Of a stretch of 64,000 nucleotides of DNA, positions 1-9,554 are shown piece after piece. Source of the stretch: Candidatus Dojkabacteria bacterium (GTDB lineage Bacteria > Patescibacteriota > Dojkabacteria > SC72). Within the stretch, counting starts at the first letter, position 1; every line of letters begins with the position of its first letter. Under the pieces are notes generated by a model. The model was not told the DNA's origin. It did not search any database and was given only the letters and a program-made list of their open reading frames with translations. The position numbers and the translations under genes were made by a program. The stretch covers positions 389,738-453,737 of the forward strand of contig JBMNHC010000001.1 of NCBI GenBank assembly GCA_050950165.1, in the 5' to 3' direction.

Positions 1-3000
1 AGGAGAGAGAACTGTAATACTTGCTTTCTGATTTGTTATTCCTGATACAGAGAGAGCATATTTCTTATTATTTATACTTGTTGCCTCTGTAACCTTGGCT
101 GTTGTAATAACGCCGTCTTCTTTAATCTTAAATCCATTTGCAGCTAAGGTGTCATCTTTTAGAGGTTCAGAGAATGTTGCATGAAAGATGATAGGTTGTT
201 GATTAGTTGGATTTGACTGTTCAGTTGCTGGTACAATCGAAGTAATGTATGGAGGTGTAATATCAATTATTAATTGACCTGTAATCTCACTACTGTTTTG
301 AGTAGAATCCGTAGCAGTTATTGTTAAATTGTATGTATTTGTTGTAAGGCTATTAATGTCTCCTGCAGATACAGTCCAAGTACCATTTTGGTTGTTTGTT
401 GCATTGATTATCTGTCCAGTTTCTTCAATCTTAACTGTTACAGTAGCATCTTTATCATTAACCGTCCCTGTAAGTTCAGGAGATGGATTATTTGTACTTA
501 AATCCTCGTATCCTACAACAGGGGGAATTGTATCTTTTGTAAGGTTTTTTGTATCATCTCCCTTATTTCCAACATCATCTGTTTGTGATGCATAGACAAT
601 GACTGTTCCATCTGGTTGGGCTGATAGATCTAGTTCAGTACTCCAAGTACTATCAGCTAGACATTCTGTTGAATAAGATTGTTCTGTGACAACTATAGTA
701 ATATTACCATCTCCAGCGGTACATGTACCCCCTAGGGTATAGTGAGCTCTATTTGCTCTGTTTATCGGTGTTGTACTGGTAATTAATACTTTTGGTGCAA
801 TTCTATCAATAATATATCCTTCTTTAGTTTCAGTAATACTATTTCCTGCTTTGTCTGTTGCCTTTATAGTAAGATCACCAGATTCTATGATTGTTATAGT
901 ACAGTGTATGATATTGTGATCTCCAGCATCAGGAGTACATTCTAAATTCTCAGCCATTCCTGTTGAACTTGCAGCTATCTCAATACCACCAGGATGTATT
1001 TCAATATTATCTGTTACAGTAATTGTAGTATTAGTAATATTATCCTTTTTCTTCTTGGTAGGGGCATTGATAGTAATTACAGGGTCAACAGTATCAATTG
1101 TATACATGTGTGTCTCATATCCCGTAGCACCATTAGTTGTATCCTGAGCAGTCACCATTATCATACCACTGTTTTGAATACCTAAGATCTCGCAAGTAAC
1201 GGTAGTGTCATACGGTGCAGTAGTTTTGTTGTTTCTATCTGTACAAGTTCCAAGGGTAACACCATCAGATGCTGAGCCAGAGATAACAATGTTATCAATT
1301 TCATGTCCATCGATAGGGGCGGTAATGGTTACAGTTGTATCATCAATTGCTTGGTTACTAAGGATAGTAGGGGCATTGAATACTACATCTGGAGGGAAAA
1401 CAGTTTGTTTTAATGTAGCATTTCCTACTAGGTCATATGCAATAATTTTAACAGTATGTTGAGGTTCATGAGGGTCAAGGTGAAGAGTTCTTGTTATAAC
1501 TCCAGGTTCTGTATATATTATCTCATCAATAGTCTCAGTTGTTGAAACACCTTCCCCTTCGTTGTCTTTGATATATACTATTTCATATCTTGCTACACCA
1601 ACTGCATCAAAAGCTTCAAAACTAACAACTGGTCTGTGTAAACCATGTGTTGTAGTATCAACATTTGATGTAATGAAAGTAGGGCTAGTAGTATCAATGA
1701 CATATCCATCTTTGAAAGCTGTAGAGCTTAGACCAGAATCATCAGTAGCTTTAAGAACCAATTTACCAGAGGTATTGATAGTAATTGTACAGTTAAGTGT
1801 CAATTTAGTACCAGGAGAATCATTGATAAATGGGAAATTGTCTGATGTGCTAGAACCTGATTCTACTGTACAGGCAATGCCACTAGCTGTAGCTATACTA
1901 GAAGAATCCACCTCTACATTTTGTATTGTGTAGTAATCACTTACAGTAAAAGTAGTATCAGTAATTGGGGCATTTGACATCATAGTCTCCCCAGGAGTAA
2001 TTGTTATTTCAGGAGGAGAATCATCAACATCTAATACGGTTATTATAAAAATCTTCTCGCTGGAAAGGTCGGTAGCATCAGTTGCTCGGACTCTAATAGT
2101 GTATTTATTTTTATTATCTGGATCATTTTCTGGATCACCGTGACCTTGTGGATCTTCATAGTCAGGAGCTTGTGAGAATGATAGTAATCTAGTATCAGAA
2201 TTAAAAGTGAATTTTGAGTTATCTTCACTACCTTCACCAGGCACAAGAGAGTAGGTAATTGGAGGTCTTTCAGAGTCTGACGAAATAGTACCAACTTCTG
2301 TTGTATTTTCTTCGACTTCATAGTTATCTATTCTTAAATTTTGTGGTGGACATCTTTGACCGGCATCTGTAATATTCCAGCCATCCGTAGTCATTAGCTT
2401 ACTTCTTGCATCTCCTGCATAACAGTAGTAAACTCCCACTGCGCTAAAGGTTCGGTTTGGCTTTACAGTTTTTTTACTCCATGCATCTAGCAAATTATCA
2501 TAATTGTAGTATTGCATATTAGAAGCATTTAAGAATTGAGTAAAGTATTCAACTTTACCAACATCCCAATTAGATATGTCTTGATTAAACCCAGAAGCAC
2601 GATCAAACATACGCGCCATATTTGTAACATTTGTCGTATTCCAATTGCTACCAAACGGTTGATTGAAAACAGTAGCGTAATTAAACATACATGCCATACT
2701 TTGAACCTTAGTAGTATTCCAGTTTAGAGGCTTGCTCTCATCACCAGGCTCAGCGCCATTATTAAAAACATTAGCATTTTGAAACATATACGACATGTTT
2801 TCAACATTTGTTGTATCCCAATCACCGATATATTGATTAAAGCTTCTAGCTAGCCTAAACATATTTGACATGTTTTTTACACCTGCTGTATTCCATTTAG
2901 GGCCAAACGGTTGATTAAAATCTCTTGCTACAAACGCGGAATACATATTAGTAACCTCTGGTATTTCCCAATTTAAAGGAATATTACTACCACCCGCAAC

Positions 3001-4707
3001 GTCACCGTTATTAAAAACTATCGCTCCATTAAACAGATGCATCATACTTTTAACTTTTCTAGTATCCCAGTTATTAAGATTTTGATTGAAGGAACTAGCG
3101 CCCATAAACATACCCATCATGCCAGTTACATTGCTAGTATCCCAAGAGCCGATTTTTTGGTTAAATGCTCCAGCTTTATAAAACATATATGTCATGTCAC
3201 CAACATTTTTGGTATCCCAATTCATAGTATTATGACTTTCACCTGGTGCTTCACCATTATTAAAATTAGTGGCTTCATTAAACATATTTGACATGTCCGT
3301 AACATTGCCAGTTTGCCAACTACTAAGATTTTGATTAAACGCACTAGCATATCTAAACATTCTGAACATATTTTTAACTTTTGAAGTGTTCCAACTATTT
3401 AAAGAATTACTACTTCCGCCCGGCTCGTCACCATTATTAAAATTAGTGGCTTCATTAAACATATCTGACATATCCGTAACATTGCCTGTTTGCCAATTAC
3501 TCAGATTTTGATTAAACGCACTAGCCCCTCGAAATATATGTGCCATATTTTCAACATTTGCTGTATTCCAATTACCAATATCTTGATTAAAACTCTTGGC
3601 GTCTCTAAACGCATACCCCATATTTTTAACACTTGCTGTATTCCAATTATCGCCAAACGGTTGATTAAAAGCTTCAGCCCCATAAAACATATATATCATA
3701 TATTGAAGTTTTGCACTGCTCCAATTTATAGTGTTATGGCTTTCACCCGGTGCCTCACCGTTATTAAAAGCAGCAGCATTAAAAAACATACCACTCATAT
3801 ATCCAACATTTCCTGTATTCCAATCACCAATCTTTTGATTAAACGCACTAGCCCCTTGAAACATATATGTCATGTCACCAACATTTTTAGTATCCCAATT
3901 CATAGTGTTATGGCTTTCACCTGGTGCTTCGCCATTATTAAAATTAGTAGCTCCGTTAAACATGTAAGACATATTGGTAACCGCACCAGTATTCCACCCA
4001 CCAATGTATTGATTAAAGCTTCTAGCATCTCGGAACATAGAAGCCATATTTTTAACTTGGCTAGTATTCCACCCACCAATTGGAGAGTTAAAATTAGTAG
4101 CATCCTTAAACATGCTATTCATATTGGTTACATTGCTAGTAACCCAATTATTCATAGATGAATTACCAGTAAAATTTGTGGCACCTTCAAAAGCAGAACT
4201 CATATCAGTCACTGCTGATAAATCAGGAATATCACTAGCAGTTAGTTGCATATTTTTCATGCCTATAAAAGCTGATGCGAAACTTGACCAGGGAATAGTA
4301 CCCCATTGTTTGATTTCTTGAAGTTTAGCTCTTTCATCAGCAGCTAAATCAAGAGCATAGAAGTGGAGTGGGGCTGTTGACCTAACACAAATGTCATAGG
4401 TACCAGCCTCACCATAATCATAACTAACTCTATTACTAGAAACTGGTAGGAAATCGTCATTACAATACCAAGAGACTTCATATTCATCAGTGGCGTTTTT
4501 TAGAAAGTTTAGAGTAACTTTAGTTGACTCAGTAGCTCCCTCTACATTAGTTGTCCAACTAGTAACAAACAGATCAGAAGAGTAGGCATGGGTTGGAAAA
4601 TTCCTGTTTTTAATTAAAAAGATTGTAAAAACGATAACTAACAAAGGAGTAGTTAGTAAAAAGAATATTCTCTTCACATGTGAGTATCGGACAGTTCTCC
4701 CAATCAT
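1..4707 (-). CDS. Giant surface/adhesin-like protein with DUF285 (BspA-like, ~26-residue) repeats and Ig-like/Big domains; partial, C-terminus continues past the window start
   Basis: The minus-strand reading frame is open from the ATG at 4707-4705 to position 1. The N-terminus MIGRTVRYSHVKRIFFLLTTPLLVIVF is signal/TM-like and paralogous to the N-terminus of ORF 6264..9302. About 13 repeats of the pattern xxMFxxAxxFNQxIxxWxTxNVxxMxxMF follow, then Ig-like repeats (PPxxTIxxP). The start codon overlaps the TGA stop of the upstream ORF by 1 nt. This ORF is absent from the supplied track because it has no stop in the window. Confidence 0.8.
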   Translation of the reverse strand, partial: MIGRTVRYSHVKRIFFLLTTPLLVIVFTIFLIKNRNFPTHAYSSDLFVTSWTTNVEGATESTKVTLNFLKNATDEYEVSWYCNDDFLPVSSNRVSYDYGEAGTYDICVRSTAPLHFYALDLAADERAKLQEIKQWGTIPWSSFASAFIGMKNMQLTASDIPDLSAVTDMSSAFEGATNFTGNSSMNNWVTSNVTNMNSMFKDATNFNSPIGGWNTSQVKNMASMFRDARSFNQYIGGWNTGAVTNMSYMFNGATNFNNGEAPGESHNTMNWDTKNVGDMTYMFQGASAFNQKIGDWNTGNVGYMSGMFFNAAAFNNGEAPGESHNTINWSSAKLQYMIYMFYGAEAFNQPFGDNWNTASVKNMGYAFRDAKSFNQDIGNWNTANVENMAHIFRGASAFNQNLSNWQTGNVTDMSDMFNEATNFNNGDEPGGSSNSLNSWNTSKVKNMFRMFRYASAFNQNLSSWQTGNVTDMSNMFNEATNFNNGEAPGESHNTMNWDTKNVGDMTYMFYKAGAFNQKIGSWDTSNVTGMMGMFMGASSFNQNLNNWDTRKVKSMMHLFNGAIVFNNGDVAGGSNIPLNWEIPEVTNMYSAFVARDFNQPFGPKWNTAGVKNMSNMFRLARSFNQYIGDWDTTNVENMSYMFQNANVFNNGAEPGDESKPLNWNTTKVQSMACMFNYATVFNQPFGSNWNTTNVTNMARMFDRASGFNQDISNWDVGKVEYFTQFLNASNMQYYNYDNLLDAWSKKTVKPNRTFSAVGVYYCYAGDARSKLMTTDGWNITDAGQRCPPQNLRIDNYEVEENTTEVGTISSDSERPPITYSLVPGEGSEDNSKFTFNSDTRLLSFSQAPDYEDPQGHGDPENDPDNKNKYTIRVRATDATDLSSEKIFIITVLDVDDSPPEITITPGETMMSNAPITDTTFTVSDYYTIQNVEVDSSSIATASGIACTVESGSSTSDNFPFINDSPGTKLTLNCTITINTSGKLVLKATDDSGLSSTAFKDGYVIDTTSPTFITSNVDTTTHGLHRPVVSFEAFDAVGVARYEIVYIKDNEGEGVSTTETIDEIIYTEPGVITRTLHLDPHEPQHTVKIIAYDLVGNATLKQTVFPPDVVFNAPTILSNQAIDDTTVTITAPIDGHEIDNIVISGSASDGVTLGTCTDRNNKTTAPYDTTVTCEILGIQNSGMIMVTAQDTTNGATGYETHMYTIDTVDPVITINAPTKKKKDNITNTTITVTDNIEIHPGGIEIAASSTGMAENLECTPDAGDHNIIHCTITIIESGDLTIKATDKAGNSITETKEGYIIDRIAPKVLITSTTPINRANRAHYTLGGTCTAGDGNITIVVTEQSYSTECLADSTWSTELDLSAQPDGTVIVYASQTDDVGNKGDDTKNLTKDTIPPVVGYEDLSTNNPSPELTGTVNDKDATVTVKIEETGQIINATNNQNGTWTVSAGDINSLTTNTYNLTITATDSTQNSSEITGQLIIDITPPYITSIVPATEQSNPTNQQPIIFHATFSEPLKDDTLAANGFKIKEDGVITTAKVTEATSINNKKYALSVSGITNQKASITVLSP
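3183..3950. repeat. Near-identical intragenic DNA repeat units (~90-140 bp) inside the DUF285 repeat region of gene 1
   Basis: Segments 3183-3320 and 3861-3950 are nearly identical (catatatgtcatgtcaccaacattttt[g/a]gtatcccaattcatagt[a/g]ttatg[a/g]ctttcacctggtgcttc[a/g]ccattattaaaattagt...). Segments 3251-3350 and 3421-3520 are also nearly identical. Both pairs encode FNNGEAPGESHNTMNWDTKNVGDMTYMF-type units. Confidence 0.7.
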
Positions 4708-6065
4708 CACTCTCTCTTCTTCTCTTTATATATTTTATACCCTAGTAGTATTGCTAGTAGAACAATCAGTGCAATTAACCAGTAAACATAGTTTGGTGTA
4801 GTTACTTGTTCCAACTTTATATTAATCTCCATCTCTTCTTCTCCATCATTAATTAAGTTAATCTCTCTTTCTGATCTATACCCGTTGTATGAAATAACCA
4901 TTGTATGTAAACCAGTATCTAGATTTTCAAAATATACCTCTCCATTTTCATCAGTAATACCTGTTCTAATATCAGAGTGTATTTCAATAGTTGCACCTTT
5001 AATAGGTCTGTGTTGTTTGTCATATACCTTTACTCTTAAGTTCTTAGATTGAGTAGAAGAAGTAGGCTCTTTAACTGTATCTGAAGTATCGTCGGAAGTT
5101 TCTTCTTCCATCTGTTCTATTACAGAGGCGAAATATTTAGTAAATGGATTCCTTGGTTTTCGTATTACTGGTTGTGGGACTGGTGGTGTTATGACGGAGG
5201 GGGGAAGTACAAAGTACATTATACTATTATCCGTAAAGGTACTAGCCTCATTTAAATTACCAGCCATATCTGCAATTCTTCCAGCAGGTAAAATGAGTCT
5301 TACTGTTTCTCCAGATAGCATACCAGTTATAAATACTGTATATGTAGTATTATTAACCTTTACTATTTGAGATACCCTAGCTGTACTACTACCTAAAATA
5401 TCTAGCTCTCCCTTGTAGAAAGAAGTTACATTTACTGGTTCGGAGAAAACAGCTGTAAATTTTATTGGTTCTGTATGTGCAGGATCTGTTTGACCTTTTG
5501 CTTGATTAATTGTCACAGTTGGTGGAGTGGTATCGTATGTAACAGAGTTGTCGGTAAAGGTACATATGAGGTTGTCATTTCCAGCAAGGTCTGTAACTGA
5601 CCCTGCAGGTAGTCTTGCAACTACAGTATCTCCATCTGTTAAGTTATTTACTTCAATTTCATACCTTTTATCACCAATGTTTGTAATACTTTCTACTTGG
5701 GCAGTACTACTTCCTAAGAGTAGTACTTTCCCTTTTGTAAACGTAGCTTCATTAATAGTCTCGGAGAAAATAACTAAGAATTTTATAGAATCTTCATTAG
5801 TAGGATCACTTTGTGTTGGTGATTGATTAACAGAAACAGTTGGAGGAGCTGTGTCTTTCTTTAATGTTGCTTCTGCATTCCCTTCGTTTCCTACAGAATC
5901 TGTTTGTTTTACTGCTACAGGAATATCTCCATCAGGGTAGGTGGAAAGATCTAGAGGTAGGGTCCATCTATTTTCATTACATGTTGCTAAGTATGGTTGT
6001 GTAATCATGATGACAATTGGGTCTTTATCACCAGACGTGCATCCACCTGATAGTGTGTAGCTCAT
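4707..6065 (-). CDS. C-terminal fragment of the second giant DUF285 surface protein: Ig-like repeats, CarboxypepD_reg-like domain and a C-terminal TM anchor. Same frame as ORF 6264..9302.
   Basis: Supplied ORF. Repeated motifs TPPTVxxNQ...TxPIxFxxxFSE are Ig-like. The stretch LRVKVYDKQHRPIKGATIEIHSDIRTG...YNGYRSEREINL is a carboxypeptidase-regulatory-like fold. The hydrophobic tail YVYWLIALIVLLAILLGYKIYKEKKRE is a TM anchor. It is homologous to the corresponding region of gene 1..4707. Confidence 0.75.
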   Translation of the reverse strand: MSYTLSGGCTSGDKDPIVIMITQPYLATCNENRWTLPLDLSTYPDGDIPVAVKQTDSVGNEGNAEATLKKDTAPPTVSVNQSPTQSDPTNEDSIKFLVIFSETINEATFTKGKVLLLGSSTAQVESITNIGDKRYEIEVNNLTDGDTVVARLPAGSVTDLAGNDNLICTFTDNSVTYDTTPPTVTINQAKGQTDPAHTEPIKFTAVFSEPVNVTSFYKGELDILGSSTARVSQIVKVNNTTYTVFITGMLSGETVRLILPAGRIADMAGNLNEASTFTDNSIMYFVLPPSVITPPVPQPVIRKPRNPFTKYFASVIEQMEEETSDDTSDTVKEPTSSTQSKNLRVKVYDKQHRPIKGATIEIHSDIRTGITDENGEVYFENLDTGLHTMVISYNGYRSEREINLINDGEEEMEINIKLEQVTTPNYVYWLIALIVLLAILLGYKIYKEKKRE

Positions 6066-6263
6066 ATGATTGTTTAAGTTAACTTTTGCAGGAGAATCTA
6101 TTGATACTTCAGGTGCAATTTTGTCAACAAGAAAGTCATCTACGAACCCTGTGGCAGTGTTATCAGCTTTATCTTTAGCTTGAATGACTAGTTTACCCGA
6201 GCTTGTAATTGTTAGAGTACAATTTACTATGGACTTATTATTATCATCAGTATCACAGAGTAA

Positions 6264-9200
6264 TTAGTCATTCAATACATCAACAGTTGTATCTGAGTGT
6301 ATTGTGATATCGTCTGCAAAAAGATCAACCCCATCAGTAACTGTAATTGTGACATCAGTGATATCGCTGTTACTTGATTTGGTAGGTGCAGAGATAACTA
6401 TTTTTGGAGCCTCTGTGTCATGGAAATATTTTTGTAAATTCATCCCTTCATATATCTGTTCAGAGGCATCTTTTTCCTTAGCATGAACTTCAAGCATACC
6501 AGTCTCTTGAATACCGTGTATCTGGCATTCTACAGAAGTAATGTAAGGGAAAACTGGAGTCTCATCTATGTTGTCATCTTTATCTTTACAGTTGCGAAGC
6601 TGTGCTCCGGAAGCGGCTGCACCTCGGAGGTCAATATCAGTAATGATGTTGCCTGGAGTGGATGTAGTAATTTTTACAGTTGTATTATTGATAGGGTTTC
6701 TACTAATTATGGTAGGAGCAGTTATTTCAATTGTTGGTGGGAAATAGATTCTTCTGGATGTGTAGTTATCGGTATTGTCATACGCCTTAATTTCTATTGA
6801 ACGAGGAACCTGATGAGGATCTAAGTCGATCTCATCGTAGGAAAGTGTTCCTGGACGATCTTCAATTGAAATGATTGTGGCTTCCTCTGATACACCCTCT
6901 CCGTCATTATCTTTAAAGAAAATGATTTCATATCTCTGTATTCCTGTAGGGTCTTCAGCTTTAAAGGAAACACTTGGATTATCTATACTGTATGGTGTAG
7001 CAGTATTAACATTGGCTACAGTAAAGGTTGGACCAAATGTATCAATGATATATCCAGGCTCTTCAGCAGTAGTAGTGTAACCTGCTTCATCAGTAGCATA
7101 AAGGACTAAGCTACCAGAGGTGGTAATGGTGACCTTACATCTTATAGTTAAATGGTTTGTAGGGTCAGGTTCATCACATCTATATGGGAAATCTGGTGAT
7201 GATGTGTTTCTTACTCCCCAACACTGGATGCTATTAGGCTGAATGGCAGCAACACTTGATGTATGTAATCCTACTGATTTAATTGAGAATCTATCACTTA
7301 CTTCAAACTCTGTATCCGTTATATTCCCCTTGTTTTTCTTAATCCCTGGGTAAATTGTAATAACTGGTCCTACATCATCAATATCGTTGACGGTAATAAC
7401 GAAGACTGCTTCCGAGTACTGTTTAACTACATCAGTGACTCGTACTCTAATGGTATATTTGTTTCCATCTTCTGGATCAGCTGAACCTTGTGGGTCTTCA
7501 AAGTCAGGTGGTTGTGAGAATGCTAATAGTCCAGTAGATGAGTTAAGAGCAAATTTAAGATTGTCTTCACTTCCTTGCCCAGGAACAAGGGTGTAGATTA
7601 GAGATGAAGTCTCTTCGTCTTCTGCAGTGATAGTGCCTACCTCTGTTGTATTTTCATCAATCTCTGTGTAGTCCAAATCTATATTAAATGGAGGACAGTT
7701 TTGACCAGCATCATTGATAGTCCAAGTGTAAGTAGTACTTAACTTGTTCCTAGCTGTTCCTGCATTACAGTAGTAAACACCATCTGCACCGAATGTTAGA
7801 CCCAATTTGACATTTTGTTCACTCCAACTGTTCAATAGCCTGTCATAGTTATCTGATACTAGTCCAGAGTCGCTGAGAAAGAGATCAAAATTTGTAACAC
7901 CTCTAACATTCCAAGTTGATATGTCTTGATTGAATGCCTTTGCGTTGTTGAACAAAGAGCTCATATTACTAACCTTTGAGGTATCCCAATTTCCAATAGG
8001 TTGGTTAAATGAGGTTGCACCTTTAAACATATCTGACATAGAGGTAACTCCTGATGTCACCCAATTGTTAAGAGGTTGATTAAAAGCTACAGCTCCTTCA
8101 AATAGTTTGCTCATAGTATATACCTGAGATGTATTCCAACTGTTAAGTGGTTTGTTGAATGAAGAGGCACCTCTAAACATACTTGCCATATCTCTTAGTC
8201 TGTTAGTCTCCCAAGTACTAATATCTTGGTTAAACGAAGTAGCTAAAGAAAACATAGCTGTCATGTAAATAACCTTTGATACATCCCAATCACCAATTGG
8301 TTGATTGAAATTAGTAGCCCCAGCAAACATACCTGACATATTCGTTACATTTCCTGTTTTCCATTTCTTAATATCTTGGTTAAAAGCTGTTGCACTATAG
8401 AACATGTATCTCATGTTGTTGACATTTGAAGTATTCCATTCCCCTATGGGTTGATTAAAAGCATTGGTACTACCAAACATATATGACATATCTTCAACAT
8501 TTTTAGTATCCCAATTCTCAATATTTTGATTAAATGCTCTAGCTACATAGAACATACAATTCATATTTGTAACATTTCCAGTATTCCAACCCCCAATATT
8601 TCGATTAAATGATTGAGCGTTCCTAAACATTCTTGACATATCAGTTACATTGTCAGTATCCCAGCCACTAATGTCTGCATTGAATTTACCACTATTCTCA
8701 AACATACTTTTCATATTAGTCACATTGATGGTATCCCAAGAGTTCATAGAATTGTTTCCAGTAAAGTTTTGGAGACCACCGAAAGCACCAGACATATCTG
8801 TTACTCTTGACAGATCAGGTGCATCAGAAGCAGTTAACTGCATATTACCCATACCCCAGAAAGATGATGCAAAACTTGACCATGGAATGGTACCCCACTG
8901 TTTAATCTCTAATAGTTTTGCTCTTTCATTTGCAGATAAGCCTGTAGATTGGAAAGATATTGGATAGATAGTCTGTATACAAATTCTATAAGTACCGGGT
9001 GTTTGAAAGTCATGAACGACTTTGTCATAATAAATCACTTCATCAATAGAGCCATTACATTCCCAGTCAACTTCATAGCTACCTGTTGCTCCTGTTAACT
9101 GGAAGTTTAAGGTAACTGTTGAATCAGTTGGATCAGTTATATTAGTTTGCCATTCGGTTACGAATAGATTAGGGGCATAGGCATAGGTTTTAAAAGGATG

Positions 9201-9302
9201 TTTTTTAACAAGGAAGGTAGTAAACCCAGCAACTAGAAGAAGGGTAGTCAAGATTAAGAGAAATCTTTTTGTATATGAATGTTGGACAGTTTTTGTAATC
9301 AT
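6264..9302 (-). CDS. N-terminal 1012-aa portion of the second giant DUF285 surface protein, ending at an in-frame TAA; probably an interrupted gene or pseudogene
   Basis: Supplied ORF. It has an N-terminal signal/TM and about 14 DUF285-type repeats (FNQDISxWxTxNVTNMxxMF), then Ig-like domains. The 198 nt between its TAA (6264-6266) and the next ATG (6065) are stop-free in the same frame and encode sequence homologous to gene 1. Confidence 0.8.
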   Translation of the reverse strand: MITKTVQHSYTKRFLLILTTLLLVAGFTTFLVKKHPFKTYAYAPNLFVTEWQTNITDPTDSTVTLNFQLTGATGSYEVDWECNGSIDEVIYYDKVVHDFQTPGTYRICIQTIYPISFQSTGLSANERAKLLEIKQWGTIPWSSFASSFWGMGNMQLTASDAPDLSRVTDMSGAFGGLQNFTGNNSMNSWDTINVTNMKSMFENSGKFNADISGWDTDNVTDMSRMFRNAQSFNRNIGGWNTGNVTNMNCMFYVARAFNQNIENWDTKNVEDMSYMFGSTNAFNQPIGEWNTSNVNNMRYMFYSATAFNQDIKKWKTGNVTNMSGMFAGATNFNQPIGDWDVSKVIYMTAMFSLATSFNQDISTWETNRLRDMASMFRGASSFNKPLNSWNTSQVYTMSKLFEGAVAFNQPLNNWVTSGVTSMSDMFKGATSFNQPIGNWDTSKVSNMSSLFNNAKAFNQDISTWNVRGVTNFDLFLSDSGLVSDNYDRLLNSWSEQNVKLGLTFGADGVYYCNAGTARNKLSTTYTWTINDAGQNCPPFNIDLDYTEIDENTTEVGTITAEDEETSSLIYTLVPGQGSEDNLKFALNSSTGLLAFSQPPDFEDPQGSADPEDGNKYTIRVRVTDVVKQYSEAVFVITVNDIDDVGPVITIYPGIKKNKGNITDTEFEVSDRFSIKSVGLHTSSVAAIQPNSIQCWGVRNTSSPDFPYRCDEPDPTNHLTIRCKVTITTSGSLVLYATDEAGYTTTAEEPGYIIDTFGPTFTVANVNTATPYSIDNPSVSFKAEDPTGIQRYEIIFFKDNDGEGVSEEATIISIEDRPGTLSYDEIDLDPHQVPRSIEIKAYDNTDNYTSRRIYFPPTIEITAPTIISRNPINNTTVKITTSTPGNIITDIDLRGAAASGAQLRNCKDKDDNIDETPVFPYITSVECQIHGIQETGMLEVHAKEKDASEQIYEGMNLQKYFHDTEAPKIVISAPTKSSNSDITDVTITVTDGVDLFADDITIHSDTTVDVLND

Positions 9303-9554
9303 AATCTCAAAATGTTAGGTAATAGTATACTGATTTTATCTATCAATCTTCTACCTTCTTTATTGCATTAGAGTTTATATATTAAGCATTCTCTATACTT
9401 AATACCATAGTATATCTTTCGTTATTATTCAAGCCCAAATTTTAAGTTTTGGGTATACAACAAGAGAGTTGTCTAGTATGATTAAAGGTAATAGCAATGG
9501 AGAGGCGAGAATGTAGTAGTTTTCATCTCTATATCTAACTTTTTTATACCCCCT

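Noticed and set aside
329-4321. Nine + strand ORFs from the supplied track (329..595 up to 4112..4321, longest 223 aa at 3490..4161)
   Set aside because: They lie antisense to the long minus-strand DUF285 gene (1..4707), which is open throughout. Their products are low-complexity mirror images of the repeat region (IPI, HIxN), not real proteins.
4704-4709. Possible UGA-as-Gly recoding (genetic code 25, as in some CPR lineages)
   Set aside because: TGA terminates a conserved C-terminal TM anchor here (KKRE*) and ends other well-conserved proteins at expected lengths. TAA and TAG are also used as stops. The standard code 11 fits throughout.
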